From: Amoebophrya sp. A120 | Taxonomy: Eukaryota; Protista; Dinoflagellata | Assembly (NCBI GenBank): GCA_905178155.1 | Contig: CAJINV010000007.1 | Coordinates: forward strand, 3,267,151-3,331,150 | Direction of reading: 5' to 3' | DNA: 64,000 nt | Shown here: piece by piece, positions 55,228 to 64,000 of the stretch | Position numbering within the stretch: the stretch's first letter is position 1 | Layout of the letters: the number at the start of each line of letters is the position of its first letter | The notes under the pieces: model-generated | The model's database searches: none | Seen by the model: only the letters and a program-made list of their open reading frames with translations | Told to the model about the DNA's origin: nothing | Made by a program: the position numbers and the translations under genes

Positions 55228-58200
55228 ATGGCCAGCCCCGCAGGACAACGCCCGGCATCTTCTAGCTCGTCCTCGTCTTCGCCGCGAAGCCGGATGATGC
55301 AGCATGCAAACGACCACCCCGCCGTAGTTCCTCACCTGGACGAGGTTGCTTTTGCGGAGTTGGAAGTGAAGGTGCGGAAGATGGTTCTGGAAGTTTTGCA
55401 GCCGACTGTCGCGAAGAACAAGTCCTACGAGCAGGAGATAGTCAATCTGAAAAAGCAGCAAATATCGCAGAAGGAAGAAATTCTCTCCCTCCGCGACGAG
55501 ACGAAGCAATCCACGCAGAAGTGTTACGCGATCGACCAGTTTCGGGAAGAATTGGTCCAGGCGGAGAAGGAGCGGAGAGAGCACCAGGAGTTTATGCGAG
55601 GGAATATTCGGCTGATCGACGACAAGGTCAGGAACAACAAAATCCAGTGTGAGCAACAAAACTCGTTAATTCAACAGCTCCAGAGACGGACCGAAGCCAT
55701 CGAGGAGTCGGTGAAGGACTTGCAGGGAAGATTTGAACTGTTGAAAGCGCAATTGACCAACGAACTGGTGCAGAAGGGGAAGGAAATCACGGACACAAAA
55801 GCGGACATCGAATTGAAGTTCGCGAGAAGCGAATACTCGATTGCGAAAACGGTGGACCAGGTGTTTGAGCAGGAGCGGCAGTTGGGAAAATTGTTGTTTC
55901 GCCTGGAGAAGGAGGAAAATTATTCCAAAAGCTTGAGTGGGAAGTTGGCAGAGCTGGGCGAAAAAGCGGTTTTCAGACTCGAAGTCGAGAAGAAGCTCAG
56001 CGTCATGCAGAAAAGAATTGACGAAGGTATAGAAATAAACTACTTGGCGCAGGAGCTTGTTGAATAAAAAACAAAATAAACCTTAACCTATAGTATCAAA
56101 TAATGTGTTTTGCTTGTATGCATGTAGAAGAAATAAAGCAGCCCATGATGCGAACGGGAAGATGAAGAGAACGCATAAAACATCCCAACTTTTAATTCTA
56201 TCAGCCCGCGCCGACACCGCGGAGGTGCAGCGATTGATCACGGATACTTCGGAAAATCTGAAAAAACACTTCGAGACGGCGTCCAACGTGATTGCGGTGA
56301 ACACGAACGCGAGTATCAAGGACGCGAGGGAGGAGTTTTCCCGGAAATTGTCAGAGAACAAGGATGCGCAGAAAAACATTGTGGACGCCGTGGAAAAATT
56401 GGAGGAGATGGACATCGACCGCAAGGTGGCCGAGCTGCGCGCGGACATCGACCGCGAAGTGGAAGTGGTACGCGAGGATTTGATCGCACGTGACCGGCGG
56501 TGGAAGAGGGACTTGGCGGATGCGAGGGTCTGTTGGTTGTTTTGGAAATAATGGTTGTTTGCTGGGCAGTGACTGCAATGTTGAGAATAGCACAAGGAAG
56601 CTGCACTGGTCCTCTGTCTTGTTACGTCATGTTCCGCATGATTTCACCAAACAAACACTGAAACAGATCGAGCGCACCCACCTCGGCAAGGCCGTGACAA
56701 AGGCTATGTCGGCAAGCGGTTTGCTGCAAGAAAACCAGGACCGTATTTCCCGTGCGTTGGAGCTGGTTTTCGATGCCGCGGACTGCTTGTCTCAGCTGTT
56801 GGTCCAAGATGAGACGGATAAGGAGGGGTTAAGCTTAGTCGGCTTTCGCGATAAAAATAATCCGAATGATGGTAGCGGTGCGCTACGTGGGGGCGAGGTT
56901 TCTGGAAGTTCATCACCGATGAAGTCGACATCTTCGTCAAGTTACAGTCCCAGGAAACCGAATTACAGTGGGTTTCACAATACGGCCGACAGTTCCACTT
57001 TTCCAAGGGCAACTGCAGCTGCAATAAATTCGAGCAATTCACCAAGTCCGCGGAAGATGCACCTCGTCACCAACGCGCAACAGAGGCCGAAAAGCAGTAG
57101 CAGTTCTTGTTCCACGCGAAAAATGCAGCAGAAACACCACAACTTGCAAAACAAACCGTCACCCCCCGTGATCTCCCTCGATCCTCGCTGCCTGGCCTGC
57201 AGCGGGCAATCGACACAAATTCTGCAGGGCTTCAAAATGGCGTGTCTGCACTACAAGCCGAGCCCGGTGAAGTGGCGGCAGAATCAGTACACAAGATTAG
57301 GTCTGTTGGAAATAAACCGACAGATTTTGGCTATCACACAGAAAAAAACTGGCAGGTCATATTTGTAATGCAAAAATAAATAGACAAGAAAACTTGTATA
57401 GCATACCCGAAATAGCATGCTACGAGGTCGCCCATGACAGATTTTTCTGTGTATTTATTTTTGCATTACAAATATGCCCTGCCAGCTTTTTTCTGTGGGA
57501 TATTGGCGCAAGCACGAACGGTGGCGGAGGCGTGCTGTTTCTTCGACAATAGTACGCAACAAATATTCGGCGATGGTCCAGGAGCGTGGGCAACGTCAAG
57601 CTCATCGGCGTGTACCATTCCGAGCTTGACCACAGGCGTGATACCGGGGGGCAGTTTGGGGGGTATTAACCGAAGCGGAAACGAGACTCGTGAACCTCTA
57701 CCGCGTGGGGGAGGAGCGGGTGGCGCACATCTGCACGACCGCCGACCGGCAGGTCCTCCGGGCAGTCTTGTTTTGACAAATCAGCATCCCGACGATTTTG
57801 AATTTGGATCAACACAGCAACCAAGCTGCGAAGCGGGCCCTGACTCAGCGCGGACGACTTACACAGGGCGTGCATCGTCCGCTGCTAAACCGGGAGCAGT
57901 AGTTCTTGAGGGTCGATCATCGGACGGGTTTGGAGGTGGGGACTTTTTCACTAGTGAAGACTTAACAAGTACGGTCGCGCCCGATGCCACCGGAACAATT
58001 TTTCTTAGTGGTGGAACGGTCCTCTCCGGCACCGTTTTCAACTACGACCCCTCAGACGAATTGGACCTAACCTCACGGCCAAGTACCGCCGCAACGACTA
58101 CCAAATGTAAAAATGTCTGGGTCTGGAAACTTGTGATGCTGGGTGGCATATCATGAGGAAGCCACAACTGCTGGCTCAGCATGAGAAGTTTCTGAGCTTC

Positions 58201-59265
58201 TAGGTGTTGCCTATTCTGCATGACAAACTCATAAAGAAAGAACTTCGTAAAGAAAGAACTTCGTAAAGAAAGAAAGAAGCAAGCACTTCGTATTTTGAAA
58301 GCGTCGCGCTTCGTAAAAGCACTTCGTTTGTTGGAGTCGCTACGTGATGAAGCAGATAGCTCATGTAGAAATAAGCAGCAGATACTTCAACGCGTGCGCA
58401 GCTTGCGGGGGGGTGACTCCTGTGGTCCCCCCCCACTCGTTGCGCCTTTTTCCAAAACTGCAGGGACTTGCTTCCTTTTTTTTCCAGCAGTGGCTGGCGG
58501 GGTAAGATCAAGGCCGGGGCTAGTGACATTGTTGCAAAGTCATAGGGCGCAGAGTCTGATAGCAGTAGCACACAGCACCAAAATACTTAGCCCATAGCGT
58601 TTTCCGAAGTTCCTCAGTGGCTGCACCTCGCCTCTCTGTCTTAGTCAAAAACATAAGCACAAAATGGACTGGCGTAGCCGCGCACATGCATGCACGCGGA
58701 GGGGAAGATGGAATAGAAGGGTGGCGGCAACGCGGGAGCCAGGACGCAGCCCGGATTTTATCAAAAAGGTACGGCCTAAGGCCTCGGGAACGCCGAGCAC
58801 ACCCGCGCACTTCTTCGTGAATCGCCCACCGCTTTTTTTGCGTCAGCTGTGTCGGAATAAAAAAAAAAAAGAAAAAAAGAAAAGAAAGAGGACGCAACAA
58901 AAAAAAAAAAGAAAAAATAAAAAGAAAAGAAAAAAGAAATCAGCGAAAACCGACCGGCGTACGAATTGCCTAGCAAAAAAAAAAAAATTCTGCATGACAA
59001 ACTGCGTTTCTGCATGACAGAAAAGTGGCGCTCTTTGGTAACGTGCATGACAGATTTGAGAGTCATGCCAGACACGCATGACAAACATGGACTCTTCCAG
59101 ACCCAGACATTTTTACATTTGATAACGACTGTCGCAACCCGACCGGGTACGGCGAGACGACCGAGCACCGCTGGAGGGCGGCCAAGCACTGCCGGAAGGG
59201 CCGCCAGTACTGCAACGCCGACCGTTACGTGGGCGGCTGGGGAGGGGAATGAAGAAAATGCATGA
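55228..59265 (+). CDS. Coiled-coil protein with a CxxC-containing C-terminal block; 2 canonical introns and 2 introners
   Basis: Exons approximately 55228-56026, 56204-56527, 56596-57331, 57508-58098 and 59130-59265. Block ISLDPRCLACSG...FKMACLHYKPSPV. The frame is restored across both introners (QIL-AQART; AATT-VATRP). Confidence 0.75.
57332..57502. mobile_element. Introner, 171 bp, nearly all hairpin, TSD TTGGC
   Basis: TIR of about 50 bp TATCACACAGAAAAAAACTGGCAGGTCATATTTGTAATGCAAAAATAAATA / TATTTATTTTTGCATTACAAATATGCCCTGCCAGCTTTTTTCTGTGGGATA. TTGGC at 57327-57331 and 57503-57507. Confidence 0.92.
58099..59124. mobile_element. Introner (family A), 1026 bp including a nested ~770-bp insertion, TSD ACGAC
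   Basis: TIR TACCAAATGTAAAAATGTCTGGGTCTGGAA / TTCCAGACCCAGACATTTTTACATTTGATA, same family as 25901-26168. ACGAC at 58094-58098 and 59125-59129. Confidence 0.92.
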
Positions 59266-60166
59266 TTCAGCAGTAGAGAACATTCGTTGTGTATTGAAGT
59301 GTTGCGTCAACATACATCCAGCCTTGAAGTGGAGTCTCACTGAGTTCTCTAAAAAGCGAGACTTCGTTCATTGTGACCAGCATGAGTCCTGTTTCCATAC
59401 AGTTTCAGTTTCATCAAGAGCGTAAAGTAGCCAAGAAAAAAAACCAGAAAAATGCACACAGAATGATCTAGCACTATTGCACAAGAGATGACAGTTTCAA
59501 AAGTTTCATCATCAAGTAATGAACGGACACGACTCCTCGATGCTGCAAAGTGAAAGCGATTGACAATCAAAGCGTAAGCGAATCGCGTTCGAAAAAAGTA
59601 AACTCTACGTTTCGTTTGGTACCAGGTCGAGGACTTTCCTCAAGACCTGTAATGAAATGCTGTTTTACTGGCCGCTTTAATATTCGTGTTCCGACGTGCT
59701 ATATTAAGTGCTAGTGCGGCGCTCTCGTCGTGTTTACAGCAGCGCGTGCGTGTTTTCGTATCGATCTCTCGAAGAACGAGATGAGTTGTGATAGGCTACT
59801 GACATAACGGCGAGTTTTGCGTTGTTGCTGCAGAACCGAAATCGAAAATCGGCTCGAGAATGAACCATGAATCTTTCTTGTTGATGTTGCCAAAACCTTT
59901 CGATCTAAATAAAAATGTGTCACAGTGGTATTGCTAGTTAGAAGGAAAACTTGATGATTTCCCGTCGACAGCATACAATTACGACGAAAATCTGGCATTT
60001 TAGCTTTCTTCCTGAAATTCAAAATCTGAATCACATGTATTACATGGAGAACCAGTCTCGCAACAGCAAAGTCCTACAGCCGCGGTCCTTGTAGCTCGAC
60101 AACCTTCCGTTTCATCCGCGGAGCGCACGGAGCTACATCGAACTTGCGTCACAAGTACACCTACCG

Positions 60167-63100
60167 ATGACAGGCGGTGCACCAGGTGCAGCTGTGTCCT
60201 CTTCGAGTGCGGCTCCGCTGCGACCGGCCGAGGAAAGCGGGATCCAGCAGTTGACATCATCCACCGGAGCAGGAGGAGGAGCACCCTCTGCCACCCAAGA
60301 TGGAGGTGGTACTTCTAACCCCATCGGGCGGGCCAGTGGTCGTTTCTCGTACGCGTCGATCGCAAACGCGCGGAGCAAAGACCTCCAATCCGTCGACGCG
60401 GCGGAGTTGGACGCCAGTGCGGCCAGCAACCGGAACAAGCGGCGGTTGGAGCGGGTTAGCGACCCGGAGCTGAACCGCACGCTGGACAAGATCATGGTGG
60501 ACTGCAGCGGGTTGGGGTTCGACTCCTTCTCTTCCAGCAAGCGGGCAAAGGTGGCGGACGAGCAAGGCGGGGTAATGCTGTTTTTGGATAATAGTGAAAA
60601 TCAAAATCTTCATGAGGATTCTTGTACAAGAGCATACCAGGAGAATAATTATGATGATGTTCCTCATTCCTCTTGTCCTGACGGAGAGGAAGAAGTACTG
60701 CCTGTGCCAGAGGTGGTGGTCCTGGACCAGAATGCGGAAGAGGATCCGCCTAAGCAGGAGTCTTTTTTCGACGCAGCAGAGCTTCGTTCGTTGCCGCCAG
60801 ATTTCGATTTTCCACATGGCAGCTGCACTAAGGGTAAGGACCGGCATAAGCACAGTTTTAGTACTCGGGGGAAGATGAACTACCTCGACCTGCTCAGTCC
60901 TTCGCACCAGCCCGGAGCTGAAAATGCGAAGAAAAGTGAACAAGACTTGCTACCCTTTTCCCCTCTAGTGTCGTGGAGAGATGACGATATCGATAGCGAG
61001 CGAGAGAACGCTAGTGAGATTGATGAACCAATCGAAATAACTGGGGACGAAAACAAGCAGACCCGATCTCCTACTCCTGGGAAGGAAGTTTTGCCACTGT
61101 CACCTCTGCAGCTAGACTCGTTGGAAGGCGAAGCGGCAGCAGGGCAGGCGAAGACTTTTGAGCCAAGGAGGAGCAGGTGGTTTGAAGAGTGCGTTGCTGG
61201 AGATGAAGCCAGGAGCCATGGCGTCGATGGAAAGACCATCATGATTACCAGACGAATGCAGGACCCCTGGAGCTACATCGACGGAGGACTCACGCGGAAG
61301 AACCACAGGAGCGGCCGGAACAATGACGCTGACACGGGGCTGGGGCAGCAAGGATCGTCGTCGGCTCGGCAAGTTCGCGACCTTGCGGAGGAGGCACAAG
61401 CGGAAGAGCACGCTGATAATCTCGATTCCTCAGCGCATTTGCTAAATACCGCGTTGTTTTTCGGGCCGCCAATAACCTCGGAGACGACCAACGTTAAGCC
61501 TTGTCCGCATCAGAGTCGAACGCATCACGATAGATGCCCGCTTTCTGCTTCCTTCTCCACGACTGCCTCAAGTCCGTTTTATTCCTCAACCGCATCCTGC
61601 TCCCACGATGAGGGCAGCACGACTCTGGAACTGCACTACTACCTGCCAGACACAGCGTATAGTTCTGACACGGGAACAAGAGAAGCTGATGCATTTCCGC
61701 ATCGCGGGGGAGAGTGGGGCCCGGATGGATTTCTGGATGAGAGCCCGAGACGGCCGCAGGAGCGTCGGACTGTAAAGGCAGGCACTTCATCATCTGCAGT
61801 GGGAGGGCAAAGAAGTGCGAGGGCCGCGAGGACCCCTGGACCACGGCGCCTCCAGAGCTCAAGTCTGACAGCGTCGCATAGTCTGAGAAACAGCCGCGAA
61901 CCGTCTGCAACTACTACGCGGCGAAGTGCAGGGAACAAGATGGATCTCTTTACAACTTCGGGACGAGACGTGGACAATTTTTGTGGTAATGCATCTCGAC
62001 GGCCTTACAGAAACAGATACAGTAGCTCGCCACTCCGACGCCCACCGTCCGCTTCTGCGAGCAAAGTGAAGCTGGATCAGCCTAAGGCCCTGTCCGCTTC
62101 CTACCCGCCGCCGTCCCCGTCGAGAGTGCAGCGAGGCGGTCTCGCAGAGGCAGCCACTGGATCATCGTCCACTTCCAGGTTGGTGGCAAGGGTCCTGCCC
62201 TCGAGAATACCGCAGCCTCGAGGACTGCCACAAGCCGCTGCGCCACCAATACCACTAGCTAGGTCCCCCTACCCTTTGCGCTTATCCTTACCAGCAGAAA
62301 ATCAAGACTTGGCATCGCTATTGCACATCAGCCGCAGGAGTTGCAGCAGGAGGAGCGTCACTGTGCGAAATCGGGATTATGACAGCTGGAAAGCTCAGTC
62401 TCAGAGACAGAGTGTGGACAAACCTTCGGCGCGAGGACATGACGACAACTTACACTTGCAGCGGACACAAATGGGCAGCGAAAAGAACGGTTCAACTATG
62501 AAGGGTTCCGGCGGTCCGACCTGTTTACATCAACCTAGGATAAGTGTAAGCAGGCGAGCGGAAATGAGAGAGCATAACGAGCGAGCACCTTCGACCTCGA
62601 TATCGATCGAAACTGAATCGAACGCAAAAAATCAAGTGCCAGACGACCCAGATGAAAGCAAGCCCACCTCCCGGGCGCGACCCTCTCAATCCCTGAGGGC
62701 CAGTCTTCTGCGCCTTCCCTCTGTGAAGGTAGTCCGAGATGATGCCACTACTTCGACGGAAATTGTTGCACAAAGCGTGAGCCACAGCAGTTGGAGTTGC
62801 AGTGCCCATACAGAAGACAGAGATCATAGAGATAAGAAGCAGCTCCAAATATTACAGCATCAAGAAAATTTACTACCCGCGCTTCTGAACGACCTAAAAT
62901 CCTAAAATCGTCTTCTCAGGTCCGCGCTGTAGCGCCGCAACGCTTGCAGCAGCAGGACTTGTCGTTACTCAGTCTCTCCGGCGCCAACAGCTCGCTACTC
63001 AACTCCTCGGCTGCCGTGGGCGCCGCAGCCATCGGGAACAATACGTCGGCTTCGAGCAGCGGCCTCCTCTTGCCCGGTGCGAGCGAACAGATTGGCGGCT

Positions 63101-64000
63101 CCTCGGCCTCCTCCTCGTTTCACAAGTACAACCCGCCGTTGCGGCGCAACACCCCGCCACGGCAGGGACCCCCAGCGCGACATGGCTTGTACGCGAACGC
63201 ACAAAGCAGCGGGTACGGACCGCCGATCGGCGCGAAAGCAAGGGCGGGAACGCCGCGGAGCGCCACCGGGGATATGACCTTGGTTGGGCTGGGCTCGGTT
63301 GCAAAGGCGGGAAGACCGCCCTCTCCGAGATTGGTAGAGATTTTCATCTTGATGTTTGGTGTAACCTGAATTGGTATACTGTTCAACTGTGCACGGATCC
63401 CCATTCCTCTGAAATGTCATGCCTTTTTAGTCTCTACTATCTGGAATGCACAATTTCCACATGCCGATGACTCGTCAAAAACTCCACCTCTTCCTTCTTC
63501 CCAGGGCCAACAACCGGCTTCCGCGAACAACCCGGAACAACAGGGAAAGCGCGTGGGCGGGTGGACCGCGAAGTTGGCCGCGAGTACGGCGATTACCGCG
63601 GAAACGAAGGAGCTTGAGGAGGAGAGGAACAAACTCAACCTGGAGATCCAGGAGCTCTCGGAGCGGCGGAAAAAGGCGGAGAAGACGGTGCAGGAGCTGC
63701 AACGCGAGGAAGCAGAACTAACGATTAAAGAGGAGGAAGCAGTGATGCAACGCGACGAGTTCATCGAGAGACTCAAGTCCGCCCGCGAAACGTGGCAGGC
63801 GAAGATCCAGGCGAAGAAAAAGCAGAAGGACGAGATGGAGCGGAAGGTGGAGATTAGCCGGAAAGAGCTCCGCTACGCCACGGAGCGGTTTGATACGCTG
63901 CAGCGGACGAAGCAGCTGGAACTCGAGGAGATCGCGAAGCACAACAACCGGAAAAAGTGCATTGAAGAGGAGTTCAAACTGCGACACAAGGAGGAGATGG
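60167..64000 (+). CDS. Low-complexity protein with C-terminal coiled coil, runs off the window
   Basis: ORF 60167-62905, probable exon ~62920-63333 (CTCAG|G...TTG|GTAG) and a final exon from ~63504 encoding EIQELSERRKKAEKTVQELQREE... Could be two genes. Confidence 0.6.

Noticed and set aside
58664-59017. Lys-rich ORF
   Set aside because: An artefact of the A-rich tract in the nested insertion.
60440-60600. Condensin subunit Cnd2/CAP-H similarity (DEQGGVMLFLDN)
   Set aside because: Only a faint resemblance to the DEGGA..LLLN motif; no kleisin N- or C-terminal blocks were recognised.

Overview
Eukaryotic, gene-dense window (roughly 50% GC by eye) with about 14 protein-coding genes, all on the + strand. 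It mixes canonical GT-AG introns with non-canonical transposon-like introns (introners). This architecture resembles the parasitic dinoflagellate Amoebophrya (Syndiniales), but the organism is inferred, not proven. Recognisable genes: a 6-exon WD40 protein, a GT32/DXD-type glycosyltransferase, an NPPW N6-adenine methyltransferase-like protein and a UBE2J/Ubc6-type E2; the rest are low-complexity, coiled-coil or membrane hypotheticals. Main observations: (1) Eight elements of 171-1026 bp sit inside exons or exon-like sequence. They share one grammar: 5-bp target duplication, TA...TA ends, terminal inverted repeats (TIRs) with consensus TA(T/C)-N7-AAAAA-YGY, and an internal GCAT(G/T)ACAAA motif. 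A ninth, damaged member has a 41-bp duplication. (2) The glycosyltransferase is split by a 4.6-kb array of three unrelated cassettes separated by four identical 32-bp copies of what appears to be its own exon sequence. (3) An intergenic array of three 149-bp units is built from UUCG/CUCG tetraloop hairpins with compensatory change. All coordinates were read by eye; exon boundaries need RNA-seq confirmation.
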